Source: a virus
Reading direction: 5' to 3' (one strand)
Virus record (IMG/VR): IMGVR_UViG_3300042553_000326
Location: 1 to 64,000 of that record
Length of the DNA stretch: 64,000 nt
Below the pieces are notes generated by a model that saw nothing but the letters and a program-made list of their open reading frames with translations, had not been told where the DNA came from and made no database searches. Both the position numbers and the translations under genes were made by a program. Every line of letters starts with the position of its first letter. The first letter of the stretch is position 1. Positions 6,848 through 17,175 of the stretch are shown piece after piece.

Positions 6848-9802
6848 TTAGGCGTAGAAATTAGATGCCTTATTCTTCGTACCAACGTTGCTAGACTGGT
6901 AGTGGATATCAATGTATTCAATAAAGAAGTCTCCTGCGGTAATCGTAGGAATCGTATTTACTTTGAAAGATATCTTGAGTAGTCCATCTGGTTCGAAATT
7001 GTCAGTATCTAACTGGTATGTACCTGATGTCGTATTTGGCGTAGCTGCGGATAGCTGAATCTCATTGACAAACGTGGTTAATGCCGGATGCGATGTTATA
7101 TTAGTGACACTAATAGTTTGTGACAATAGCCTCTCAGCCTCATAAGCACCATCACGCTTGCCCCATCTATAGCGGTAATCCACAGTAGCCGATCCAGATA
7201 TTGCAGAACCGGTATGTGACCAGTGGACGTGAATATAAACATCAGTTCCGGGCACATGATCGTGTGGCCAATGGAATTTCAGATCGATAATATCATTGGC
7301 TACAAACTTCCACTCCTTGATGTTACCAGACCATGTAGTCCATACCGGTGCTCCTGCGCCGCTTTCTTTAGGCTGTATTACACCTTCTAGATCGCGCCAA
7401 GACCATGTAGGCGCGGCTGGGTCAACCTGGATACCACTACCCGATGTCTTGGGTAGAACTAAATTACCAGTGGAGACTTCTACATTCCCACCACTCTTTA
7501 TCTTAAATCTAGTGGTATTACCGTCGTTTCTTAGGTGTAATTCATTTGCCACGGTAGCATGCGACTGACCGAAGCATATAACCGCCGCACCTAACACACT
7601 GGAGCTTCCGCCGGACAAGAGTGTGTATCCATCTGTTCCACTAGAGTATGTACCAAACCCAGTAGCCATAACGATGCTGTCACCGAAGTACGCCTTCTTC
7701 GCTACACCCAATCCGCCAGAAACTACCAATGCGCCGGTTGTGGTGGAGGATGAGTCGGTGGTGGAACCAAGTGTGATGACGCCGGTTGTTTTGGCAATCT
7801 GAAGCGGTGTAGTTCCAGCGGGAACATCTCGAATAACGAACTGCTCACCGGTGTCATATCGATACCCAATCCGATACTGCTCCACGGTGCTGTTATACCA
7901 AGACATGTACGTGTTGCTGTTTGACAGTTCCGTACCGACAGTGATCCCATAACCTATAACTGCAGCCTTCGCCACCCCTAATCCACCCGCCGTCTTGAGG
8001 GATGCGGCTGTGGTGCTGGTGGCGTTGGTGGTGTCGGTGACTGCCAACGGCGATGCGTAACTGGTTAATGCTAAGGTAAAGGTAGCAATTGTTGAGGTGG
8101 AACCGTCATCCCTTCTCAACACCAACGAAGGAGAGTCTGCGGCTTGTTCAAATGCAAATCCATAAGAAGCAGAAGATAGCGCATACTTTCCGCCGCCCGT
8201 CGCAAAATATGCCGAATACGTCTTAGCGTATACACCACTGCCAGCAGCACTCAGCGTACCAACTACAGCAGCTCCTGTAGTCGATAAGGATAGCGTCTTT
8301 ATTCCACCAGCGTACAAATCCATCGTATTTGCGGCGGATTCTACTAGATAAGTGTCACCTACTGCAGTAACACCATCCAGATACAACTTAGCAGTAGATC
8401 CTATGGCAAGATTTCCGCCAGATGTTATCCTAAGACGTTCCGTATCTGCACCAAGATTAGAGCTGCCAGTTCGCAAGGTGAATTTGAAACCAGTATCTTG
8501 ATTGTTAACAGTTGCGTTCTCACGGAATGCTTTAATAGTGCCCGTACCCGCGTACGCTGATCCAGCAGAGGACCATGGTACGAATGAAATACCGATCGAG
8601 GAGCCGGAATTGATAGTTGTACTTGCAGGATGCTGCAATGATAGCGCACAGTGCCACGATTGGCCAGAGTCATCGCCTGACAATATTCTAGTCGCGACTG
8701 CACCAGTAGTAACAGTGAATGTATTAGTACCGCCTGCATAAAAATCCATCGTATTTGCGGCGGATTCTACTAGATAAGTATCACCACCAACCCCAGAAGC
8801 GCCGTCAAGGTAATGTTTCTTAGTGGCTGAAGTCACCATATCACCTGCGGTCGTGATGGTGAAGTTTTCGTTGAGGGTAGCCGCAGTCCCTACTGCAATA
8901 AGCGAAGCGTTAGCCTGATAGAACCTCAGAGCATTGTCCATCACCAGAGCGCCGCGTGGATGCGATGCCGCCGCAGAGGTCGAAAGGAACGTACTTCCAG
9001 TAGTGGTAGAACTACGTACCCCGTACCCGAGCATGGTGGCCCCAGACGAGTACATGGCACCGAAAGTGTTCAAGTAATCTGTGGTGCCGTATCGTAACTG
9101 CAACCCAACACCGCCAGAAGTTGACACTACGTCGCTAGCTGTAACGACACCGGTTACGGTAAGCCCCGTGGATCTAACCTGCAATGTCTTAACCCAGGAG
9201 CCACCGTATGCCCAACCGTCCATACCCTCACCGCCAGCTGGCAGTTGCCACATAGCGGTGTTTACACCAACGGACGGACCGACTCCAATATAGGGACCAG
9301 CCGCAACTGAATCAGAGCCTGCTCTATTTGCTGACAGGCCAACAGTGGAGTATAACGTACTAGTACTGGTCAGTGCGCCAGTGACTGCCGCACCTGTACT
9401 ATTCACTGTCAGTATGGCTGACCCATTAACTCTCAGGTAATGTGACTGGCCTGTGTTAGTGTCGTAGTACAACCCAGAGCCGGTATATCCGAATATCGAG
9501 GAGTGCACCGCGACTGCCGACGAGTAGAACTGTATCTTCTGGTACACTGCTGAGCCTGCGCTGCGGAGATATATAGTGCCATCTCCATTAGACTCACCAT
9601 ACACATCTAGCGTACCAGAGATTCCAGTGTTTATCGAGTTGACACTGACACCTAATCTGCCACCAGCATATAGCGACAGATTATTAGCACTGGATTCAAC
9701 TATATAGGTATCACCTGTACCTGCCACACCGTCGAAATACAGCTTAGACAAAGCCGCCAGTGAAGCAGCATTCTGCACTACTCTTAAAGGCGACTTAGCC
9801 AT
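6848..9802 (-). CDS. Tail fibre protein 2 (984 aa)
   Basis: G/T/S/A-rich repeats shared with fibre 1; distinct C-terminal globular domain. Confidence 0.8.
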   Translation of the reverse strand: MAKSPLRVVQNAASLAALSKLYFDGVAGTGDTYIVESSANNLSLYAGGRLGVSVNSINTGISGTLDVYGESNGDGTIYLRSAGSAVYQKIQFYSSAVAVHSSIFGYTGSGLYYDTNTGQSHYLRVNGSAILTVNSTGAAVTGALTSTSTLYSTVGLSANRAGSDSVAAGPYIGVGPSVGVNTAMWQLPAGGEGMDGWAYGGSWVKTLQVRSTGLTVTGVVTASDVVSTSGGVGLQLRYGTTDYLNTFGAMYSSGATMLGYGVRSSTTTGSTFLSTSAAASHPRGALVMDNALRFYQANASLIAVGTAATLNENFTITTAGDMVTSATKKHYLDGASGVGGDTYLVESAANTMDFYAGGTNTFTVTTGAVATRILSGDDSGQSWHCALSLQHPASTTINSGSSIGISFVPWSSAGSAYAGTGTIKAFRENATVNNQDTGFKFTLRTGSSNLGADTERLRITSGGNLAIGSTAKLYLDGVTAVGDTYLVESAANTMDLYAGGIKTLSLSTTGAAVVGTLSAAGSGVYAKTYSAYFATGGGKYALSSASYGFAFEQAADSPSLVLRRDDGSTSTIATFTLALTSYASPLAVTDTTNATSTTAASLKTAGGLGVAKAAVIGYGITVGTELSNSNTYMSWYNSTVEQYRIGYRYDTGEQFVIRDVPAGTTPLQIAKTTGVITLGSTTDSSSTTTGALVVSGGLGVAKKAYFGDSIVMATGFGTYSSGTDGYTLLSGGSSSVLGAAVICFGQSHATVANELHLRNDGNTTRFKIKSGGNVEVSTGNLVLPKTSGSGIQVDPAAPTWSWRDLEGVIQPKESGAGAPVWTTWSGNIKEWKFVANDIIDLKFHWPHDHVPGTDVYIHVHWSHTGSAISGSATVDYRYRWGKRDGAYEAERLLSQTISVTNITSHPALTTFVNEIQLSAATPNTTSGTYQLDTDNFEPDGLLKISFKVNTIPTITAGDFFIEYIDIHYQSSNVGTKNKASNFYA
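8316..8779. repeat. Exact 38-bp direct repeat (8316-8353 and 8742-8779) inside tail fibre 2
   Basis: AAATCCATCGTATTTGCGGCGGATTCTACTAGATAAGT occurs twice and encodes TYLVESAANTMD. Confidence 0.9.
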
Positions 9803-12800
9803 TTCTGCGTACTCCCATAACTGTTATTTGATCACCGACGACACTTGCATCTGCTAATACCACAGACCATCTGAAGCCATCGAACGTTGTTGTGTAATCC
9901 TCAGTGCTACCCGGCCAGAGTAACATACCATTGCGATACACGATTTCAATCTCATAGCCAACTGGTAGCTGGAAGCTTGTCTGTGAGGCAGTTGCAGTGA
10001 ATCTAGTTGCAACCAATGCAGCACCGAACTTAGCAACCTGTTCAGCTTCTCTACAAAGTTCTTCTCTGAGGTTATACGCTGGAACATAGATGTCTACTCC
10101 ACTAGCGCCACCTTGTGCAATAATGCCACCAGAGGCTGACAATGCTGTGATGGAACCTACAGCTGTTGCTTCAGATGCGGTACGCACGAGTCCCTTGAAA
10201 GTGGACCTACCATAGGACGTACCTGCATGTAGCAAATCAGTTTCGTCATCATAAGCAAGTGCAGTTACAGTATTGCTTGTACCCGCGAGGCAGCATTGCG
10301 CGTTGGCCGAGAACAGCCCCTTCTCAGTTTCGTAGATGTGTTTGATCTGCTCGGCGGACGGGGCGGTTGCGGCGAAACGGAGCAGCGCCAACTGACCATA
10401 ACTCCAAGGTTCATCAGGTGCGGAACCTTTCTTTCCTAGGCGAAGATACGCAGAGGTATTTGTGAGGTTGTTCGTGTTGGCTACGGTTCCGGCTGCTACG
10501 GCGTTAATATGCCATTCCATTACGCCAGATCGACGCACCAGTGCAAAGAACGTCATGACGCCAGACGCAAGGGCAATGCTGGACACGAGGCTCGCCGTGG
10601 TGACGCCGCCCGAGTCTCTTGTGTACGCTGAAAATACCCCGGTATTGGCATTCAACTCGATAGCAATGTACGCATTGGCATACGCTGCCGCCGACCGATC
10701 GAGCAATCTGAAGTTCGCGCCATAGGTCGTATAGGATGCCCACCCCAGGATGCAGAAGTCACCCGTCCCGAAATCCAAATCGGAGTTGTACGGCTGTTCG
10801 AGGTAGTTCGCGGCGCTGAATCCGCTGTAGCCCATCAGCGCAGCGCCGGAGGCGACGGCGGCTTTGGTCAGCGAACCAAAGGCTTGTAAGCCCTTGGCCT
10901 TGATGCTGCGGTCGACGTCGGCGAGGCGGCAGGACACGTTGTCTATTGCGCCAACGAACGAAGTATTGTTCGACTGTATGTATAACACCGCGTCACCAGC
11001 CGCAACACCTGACACCGAATAAGTATTTCCAGCAGTAACCGCAAAGGTTTTTAGCGTGTTAACACCTGTGTAAACACTTAGGTTTCCAGAACCAGTCGCG
11101 ACAGTTAGTGTTGTTACGTAAGTTTTCCCTGAAACAAGGCCTACGTTCTGATAACCCGTTGCATTTGAGAAGACGGTACCATCAATATTAAGCGTACCAC
11201 CACTGATCGTCACTCCAGCAGACTTTGTCCACGCAGTGTCAGACGCAAATGATCCGTTAGTCACCAGATCAGTACCAACCAAGGTCTCCGCTACGGTATC
11301 GGCCAGCCATGCGCCTTTGATTGCGCCTACTTGCCAGCCGGAGTTAAAGTCCTTGGTTACGTAGGCGACCATACCTTTCGATGGGGTCGATGGGTTGCGC
11401 TTGAAAATGTTCAGCCCAAGCTCTGTCCCGATTGCTTCGGGTACGGCAACAAGCTGCGTGCCGACTCCACCGCGATAGCTCAAGTCTGGCACACTGGCGA
11501 AAGCGCCGTTGTCGTAGAACTCAAGCGAAGTGTTCTTGGTGGTGTAGACGTGGGTTGTGTCTGCTGTTGGAATCGCATCAACACGAACACTACGCCGGGT
11601 TCCGTTTCCGTCATTCTCGAACATGATGGTTTTCTCGGGCGTGAAGGCCACCATGAAACAGTAGGCCGCGCCACCATCCGGCACGATGTCCCACACGCTG
11701 CCGGTATCGGTGATAACGCTTACACCACCTGCCGTAGCCACCGCAATCGTAGGCACAGGTAATCCTGTAGCGACATCGACCGGGGCGTTGGGTAGGACGG
11801 TCATGGCGACATCATTAATCTGCGAGGAAATTACAGGCTTTGTTAATAGACTATTTACGCCATACCCACTCGCAGAATTACGAGCAGCAATATTTCCTTT
11901 ATACACACCACCTTCGGACGTATACTGTGGATCCATCCTATACACGAATTCAGAGATGAAGTTAATAACCGGTGCTCCATAAGAGTCCGATCCAGTATTA
12001 TGAACCTCCACAAGGGTGCCGTTTAACATGGCTACAGAGCGTGCTGTTGATAGAGTTTGAACCATATTGACTGTTACCATGCCCTGCGAGCCAGCTGCAA
12101 ACACCATCCACATCGGTGCATTCGCCTGTGTCAAGTCGTGGATAACTACTCTATAAGAGTCAGCTGTGATAAGTGCCTTCGCTGGAAACTTTCTAGCATT
12201 GCCACGGTATACTAACGTAACCCCACTACCAGCGTTAAGGCTATACCACCAATTTGAAGTACTATCGTAATAGTAACTTCCTGTTGTGGCTCCAGCAATC
12301 GCTCTGGCTGCCGCCTCATTAACCGCTACACCTAGCCAGCTACCTGCAAGGGTTTCATTTTCCCAGCTAGTATGACTACAGCGATGCCGCCATGCACCAC
12401 CATCGCTATCCTTCTCGGTGTCATATAAGAATACATCTAAGATAGCATATGTGCTTAACAATCTGTCAACCGCCACAGAGGTTATGTCAGTCGTAGACAG
12501 AGAGCCTGTAACAGCGGCCCCTGTAGGGGTCAGCGACACTGTCTTAACGCCACCCGCGTACAGGTCCATTACGTTAGCGCTTGACTCGACTATGTAAGTG
12601 TCACCGCCGCCGTCAAGATAATGCTTCATTGTGGAGGCTTGTACCAGATTCTTCGCCAGGCCCATTCCGCCACTAACCACAAGTGCGCCGGTGGTGGTGG
12701 AGGATGAGTTGGTTGTGTCGTGGAGGGTAGCTATGACGCTGGCAATGCCTGTTCGAGAGAACGATAGAGCCGTCAGTCCGTTAGTGCGTGCATCGTTGAA

Positions 12801-15155
12801 TGCGCGAATCCGGAATATTCCATCACCGACAGCTGTACCAGACTGAATACCCCACCGCTTTTGATCCACAGATGCCGATGCGTTGTATAACTCCATAACG
12901 CTGTTCGTGGCATTACCAAGAATTAGCGTTGAAGTTGTTGTATCACTTAATCCACCGAGCCATGTGCTCTTCGCCACCGCCAATCCACCAGCCGTCTTGA
13001 GCGATGCTGCGGCGCTGCTGGTGGCGTCTGTGGTGTCGAGGACGGAGAGAACGCCCAAGGTTTCTAGGCGAGTGGTCCCTGTTGGTATTTGAGCTACTGA
13101 GCTACCAATGGAGTTGGCAAGAACAAAGTCGTGTGTTGATCCAGCACCGCTGACAACCATACCGCCTGTGGCTGATCCGTTAATCTGCCACCCACCGGCG
13201 GATGGTGCTGAATACGTACCTGATGTTCCAGACAACCTTCCAATGAAATCAACCCCACTTCCTGTCGCAGCCAAGCGCTCAACCAATCCACCGTCTTTGA
13301 TATAGACACGCTGCGTTCCGGTACTGGTGAAACCCATTTGGAATGAGTTAGCTACTGTAGACATCGTTATTGTGGCATCAGCAGTACCACGCAATGTCAG
13401 ACGACCGACACCATTCGAACCAGTAGTACCCAGGTCTGCGCCGATGTTGCTGCTAATAAATCCTGTAGCACTCAGCGTCCCGGTGACTGCGAGGCCAGCA
13501 TCTGTAAGCGTCAACACAGGAGTAGTGAATGACGTTCCACCTACCGTGCTAGACGGGGTAAATTCCAAGGCTCCTGCTGTTGTACCGTTTGTCCCGATCA
13601 GCCAATTCTTAACTGTGTTGGAGTAAATCATGCGAAGCTGTGCGGAAGAATTTACAGAAGGGGATGTCGGCCCCATCTGTAGGGAACTACCGCCTGTCGT
13701 CGTGTTGGAGACATAAACGCTGTCACCGAAGTACGCCTTCTTCGCCACCCCCAATCCGCCCGCCGTCTTGAGCGATGCTGCGGTAGTGCTGGTGGCGTCG
13801 GTGGTGGAGATGATTGCTATGTCGCCAGTTGATGCGTTGATGGTTAGACGCGATACAGACGCTGTGCGGAAATTAAGGTCTTGGGCGTCCATCGTACCGA
13901 TGGTGCCGTTATTGATAATTTGAACACCCGAGGTTCCAACAACACCGGCTGTAATCTGACCGGCGGATGTCGTGATGTTATTTGTCGCCGAGAGCGCTCC
14001 GGTGACGGTGAGGCCGGTAGACGACAAACGCATCTGCATTGCTGCGCCATTGTTAGCAGAGAAGGCTATACCGGAAGGGCCACGTAAGATAGTGTCATAA
14101 CCTGTTGCGCCTACTATGAGGTTATTGCCACCTGTGCTATTCTCCATCCCGAAGATGGCGTTACCACCTGTATTAGTTAGCTGGATGGCAGTGTAGCCTG
14201 TCGACACGTTAGTTGAACGTAATGCAAGTGTGTTATTACCGCCAGCTGCGTAGAAACTCCCAGATGTGTAAGTATCAAGACCTACTCGTAAGCTTTTAGC
14301 TACAGCTAGGCCACCTGCAGTCTTAGCCGATGCAGCAACGGTGCTAGTAGCTTCTGTTGTGTCTGTGATGGATACAATACCGGATGCTGCAAGCGTTCCA
14401 GTAATACCAACACCAGCTGCGTTCCATGATAGGATACCTGAACCAGCAACAGCTAAGTAACCTATCCAGCCAGTGGGCGTATTAATGAACGGAGCAGAGT
14501 TGTACAGAGATAACCCAGCTTCTGTTGATAAGGGAGCGCCTGTAGGTTTAAAGCGAGAAGCATCAGCGACACCTGTAGAACTAAGTGTACCTGTGATTAC
14601 TGCATTACCATTGGAACCGCTACCTGTGATACGAAACACTTCCGTTGTCGAGCCGCTGTACCCAAGCCTAATGGCGAAGGCTGATTGCTGTCCAGCCAAC
14701 GCATACCCATAAAGTGCAAAGGTGTTGTTATTAGCGGATGTAGAATCCAGGCTTTGCATACGAAGTATTGGACCACTAATACCAGCAGAATATGCTGCAG
14801 TATCTCTCACCACCAGCGGAATTGCACCAGTAAGAGTGACAGTATCAGTTGCACTGATTGTACCTGTTACAGAAGCGCCTGTGGCAGTCAGCTTCAGTGT
14901 ATTCACTCCGCCAACGTAAGCATCCAACACATTGGCGCTAGACTCAAGCAGGTACGTATCGCCACCGACACCTGCGACACCATCCATGTATAACTTCTTC
15001 GTACCAGCCAGAATGATATCATTCAGCGAGCTGATATTGTTGATTGCCTTGTTGAGATTGTCAATGTTAGTGTCAATCTCGGCGTTAGTAAGTGGGAGAC
15101 CCTTTACCGTACTCCCAGTACTATTTCCAGTTTCCCGTAAAAGGATAGTTGCCAT
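9795..15155 (-). CDS. Long tail fibre protein 1 (1786 aa) with a C-terminal LamG/ConA-like domain
   Basis: N-terminal KGLPLTNAEIDTN anchor, fibre repeats, DFGTGDFCILGW...FFALVRRSG...HINAV LamG-like signature. Confidence 0.85.
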   Translation of the reverse strand: MATILLRETGNSTGSTVKGLPLTNAEIDTNIDNLNKAINNISSLNDIILAGTKKLYMDGVAGVGGDTYLLESSANVLDAYVGGVNTLKLTATGASVTGTISATDTVTLTGAIPLVVRDTAAYSAGISGPILRMQSLDSTSANNNTFALYGYALAGQQSAFAIRLGYSGSTTEVFRITGSGSNGNAVITGTLSSTGVADASRFKPTGAPLSTEAGLSLYNSAPFINTPTGWIGYLAVAGSGILSWNAAGVGITGTLAASGIVSITDTTEATSTVAASAKTAGGLAVAKSLRVGLDTYTSGSFYAAGGNNTLALRSTNVSTGYTAIQLTNTGGNAIFGMENSTGGNNLIVGATGYDTILRGPSGIAFSANNGAAMQMRLSSTGLTVTGALSATNNITTSAGQITAGVVGTSGVQIINNGTIGTMDAQDLNFRTASVSRLTINASTGDIAIISTTDATSTTAASLKTAGGLGVAKKAYFGDSVYVSNTTTGGSSLQMGPTSPSVNSSAQLRMIYSNTVKNWLIGTNGTTAGALEFTPSSTVGGTSFTTPVLTLTDAGLAVTGTLSATGFISSNIGADLGTTGSNGVGRLTLRGTADATITMSTVANSFQMGFTSTGTQRVYIKDGGLVERLAATGSGVDFIGRLSGTSGTYSAPSAGGWQINGSATGGMVVSGAGSTHDFVLANSIGSSVAQIPTGTTRLETLGVLSVLDTTDATSSAAASLKTAGGLAVAKSTWLGGLSDTTTSTLILGNATNSVMELYNASASVDQKRWGIQSGTAVGDGIFRIRAFNDARTNGLTALSFSRTGIASVIATLHDTTNSSSTTTGALVVSGGMGLAKNLVQASTMKHYLDGGGDTYIVESSANVMDLYAGGVKTVSLTPTGAAVTGSLSTTDITSVAVDRLLSTYAILDVFLYDTEKDSDGGAWRHRCSHTSWENETLAGSWLGVAVNEAAARAIAGATTGSYYYDSTSNWWYSLNAGSGVTLVYRGNARKFPAKALITADSYRVVIHDLTQANAPMWMVFAAGSQGMVTVNMVQTLSTARSVAMLNGTLVEVHNTGSDSYGAPVINFISEFVYRMDPQYTSEGGVYKGNIAARNSASGYGVNSLLTKPVISSQINDVAMTVLPNAPVDVATGLPVPTIAVATAGGVSVITDTGSVWDIVPDGGAAYCFMVAFTPEKTIMFENDGNGTRRSVRVDAIPTADTTHVYTTKNTSLEFYDNGAFASVPDLSYRGGVGTQLVAVPEAIGTELGLNIFKRNPSTPSKGMVAYVTKDFNSGWQVGAIKGAWLADTVAETLVGTDLVTNGSFASDTAWTKSAGVTISGGTLNIDGTVFSNATGYQNVGLVSGKTYVTTLTVATGSGNLSVYTGVNTLKTFAVTAGNTYSVSGVAAGDAVLYIQSNNTSFVGAIDNVSCRLADVDRSIKAKGLQAFGSLTKAAVASGAALMGYSGFSAANYLEQPYNSDLDFGTGDFCILGWASYTTYGANFRLLDRSAAAYANAYIAIELNANTGVFSAYTRDSGGVTTASLVSSIALASGVMTFFALVRRSGVMEWHINAVAAGTVANTNNLTNTSAYLRLGKKGSAPDEPWSYGQLALLRFAATAPSAEQIKHIYETEKGLFSANAQCCLAGTSNTVTALAYDDETDLLHAGTSYGRSTFKGLVRTASEATAVGSITALSASGGIIAQGGASGVDIYVPAYNLREELCREAEQVAKFGAALVATRFTATASQTSFQLPVGYEIEIVYRNGMLLWPGSTEDYTTTFDGFRWSVVLADASVVGDQITVMGVRRNG

Positions 15156-15622
15156 TATGCGCCCCTAAGAGTCCAGATGACGGACATCGAGTCCGCAGCA
15201 CCTTTGGTGATCACGTCGAAGATTGCCCTAGCAATCATACTACCGCCTGAAGCTGCATTGAACATGCCAACCTCAACTAGAGCACCCGTACCGGTACCGG
15301 CAGGGAACACAGCAGTGACAACCAAGCTGTCATTCGCAAAGTTCGTTGTAGAAATTACAGCGCTGTCAATGGCTACTCTCCCGACTTCAGCCACTAAAGC
15401 AGTCTGTGCAGCAGCTGCAGCGGTATTGGTAGTACCTACAGCCATATGTGATAAAGCGCTAGCAGCTGCATCTTTCATTCTGGATATAAACAAGGCTAAT
15501 CCAGTTTGTACAACTAAGTTATCAATCTCTCGTGTTTCTTTAAGAGCACCTTCTGCATCTCTGATTTCTATATGCAGTCTGCCCTTGAAACTTACAACAC
15601 TATTGAATTTCATTTCTTGCAT
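15155..15622 (-). CDS. Tail/baseplate structural protein (fibre attachment)
   Basis: NLVVQTG, MAVGT, EVGMFNA..GG.M.AR..F..ITK motifs. Confidence 0.7.
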   Translation of the reverse strand: MQEMKFNSVVSFKGRLHIEIRDAEGALKETREIDNLVVQTGLALFISRMKDAAASALSHMAVGTTNTAAAAAQTALVAEVGRVAIDSAVISTTNFANDSLVVTAVFPAGTGTGALVEVGMFNAASGGSMIARAIFDVITKGAADSMSVIWTLRGA

Positions 15623-15624
15623 CC

Positions 15625-16194
15625 TTAAGTGAATTGTGCATATGACCCTACAGCGTAGTCTTCTGCGAAGTACGTACCGTTGTTATAACTCTGTATCAGG
15701 CATGCACCTGTGGATGTGAAGCTTACAGCATCGTCTAACACTTTAGACATGCTGATGTAATTCGTATCCGCTATAGAAACGGTATCTAATAAGGACTTTG
15801 TAAGGTCTATTGCAGTTATACTATCCAGCATACTATAGGTATCGGATAAAACTTTAGATACATCAATAGCATCGAGCTGGTCACTAAAGGATATAATATC
15901 CTCTGCTAGTGGTTTGGTCACAGATATTGCAGCACTGTCTAAAATACTAACAGTGTCTACATTATATATTTCTCGGTAGTTATCTACGATATTACTATCG
16001 GATAGCGGGCCGAAATCTGTTATCTGAATATCTATGCTCACAGTATCAGCTGAGGCACTGAGATCGCCCTGCACTGGTTCGTTTACAGTAATATTCTCGA
16101 TTACTGAAGAATCTACAGTAGTACCACTCGAACTGGTAGCAGGTAGATCGATAACACGAGAGGTACCAGATAAAGTTATCGTCTTAGTTGACAT
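15625..16194 (-). CDS. Acidic repetitive virion structural protein
   Basis: Repeated K.L.D..S..D units; YFAEDY C-terminus; tail module context. Confidence 0.6.
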   Translation of the reverse strand: MSTKTITLSGTSRVIDLPATSSSGTTVDSSVIENITVNEPVQGDLSASADTVSIDIQITDFGPLSDSNIVDNYREIYNVDTVSILDSAAISVTKPLAEDIISFSDQLDAIDVSKVLSDTYSMLDSITAIDLTKSLLDTVSIADTNYISMSKVLDDAVSFTSTGACLIQSYNNGTYFAEDYAVGSYAQFT

Positions 16195-16796
16195 TATGTT
16201 AGCTCAGTTGGACTAAATAAAAACTCTATCATACCACGCATAGGTTTCCATGTGCGAGGATATAGTGCGCTATTAGGTTCAGTCACACGTAATTCAAAGA
16301 ATCCATTTGTAGGAATTCCGGGTTTTGGTTGAACTGCCCAATCGGTTGACAATGTTTTTGGAAATTGAATATAAACCTTATTAGGTATATAACTAACCCA
16401 ATCTGAAGACTGTGACGGAGGTACAGCATTGACGATACTAGTGCCATTTAATCGTTTATAGTAACCATCACCGTAGGTAACCACTTCTTCGCGTGAGTAT
16501 GAATTGGCAGCATTCCATACTCCTGTCTCTACAGGGACACGTACAGTCAGTGTGTCAGTCTCACCACCAGGTTGCACAGTAGTAGGTACTACTTCTAAGC
16601 CATCTTCGTCTAGCTCACCAGTATTGGCAGCTTCAATTATAGAAGCTTCAAATATATAAGCGCCACTATAGGCGTTAGTCAGAAAGGCCAATGTTATTTC
16701 AAATTCCTGTTGTTCACCCTGAACGAGAGACCAGAGTACGGAACCTGAATCCGTTTGTAAATCTGTTGTTGTATCGATAATTCTTGCTCTAGCCAT
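16194..16796 (-). CDS. Putative baseplate/tail-tip structural protein
   Basis: First gene of the fibre operon; contains a W.A..YS..EVVTY...YY carbohydrate-binding-like segment. Confidence 0.6.
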   Translation of the reverse strand: MARARIIDTTTDLQTDSGSVLWSLVQGEQQEFEITLAFLTNAYSGAYIFEASIIEAANTGELDEDGLEVVPTTVQPGGETDTLTVRVPVETGVWNAANSYSREEVVTYGDGYYKRLNGTSIVNAVPPSQSSDWVSYIPNKVYIQFPKTLSTDWAVQPKPGIPTNGFFELRVTEPNSALYPRTWKPMRGMIEFLFSPTELT

Positions 16797-16860
16797 AATG
16801 CTTAAGTCCTAGGTTAATACATAGGTTAATGATTAAGGAGGTATATACATGATACTGCTG

Positions 16861-16916
16861 ACATCTGTAGCGATTAATACAGGGGAGCGGTAAAGTTCAA
16901 TAATTTAACAGTTTCG
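16861..16916. promoter_or_regulatory. Conserved intergenic element, copy A (late promoter or origin candidate)
   Basis: TCTGTAGCGATTAATACAGGGGAGCGGTAA...AATTTAACAGTTTCG repeated at 45671-45725. Confidence 0.6.
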
Positions 16917-17175
16917 TACAAGATAGAATTATCGCAGTTACTATAGTATCATCGACTATAGATTTATCTGCGATTTCTCTATCGCCCGGAGTGTGTTGCG
17001 CCACATGGGTTTCGGCGGTTTTGCACGCTACGGGGCCAGGTTGGGCCATAGCGAGGCGCAACGGCGCGGGATGGCATGGGTATCGGCGACCTCCCAATCG
17101 CCCCGCCTGCACCAAACGTCGAGGCCACTCGTCCGGTCGGCGCAAACAGGTCGATCGAGAATAGCCCAAACAGCT

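Noticed and set aside
6848-15155. Repeats in the fibre genes as a CRISPR array or a diversity-generating retroelement TR/VR pair
   Set aside because: Repeats are in-frame coding modules with irregular spacing; no adenine-specific mismatch pattern seen and no reverse transcriptase or cas gene in the window
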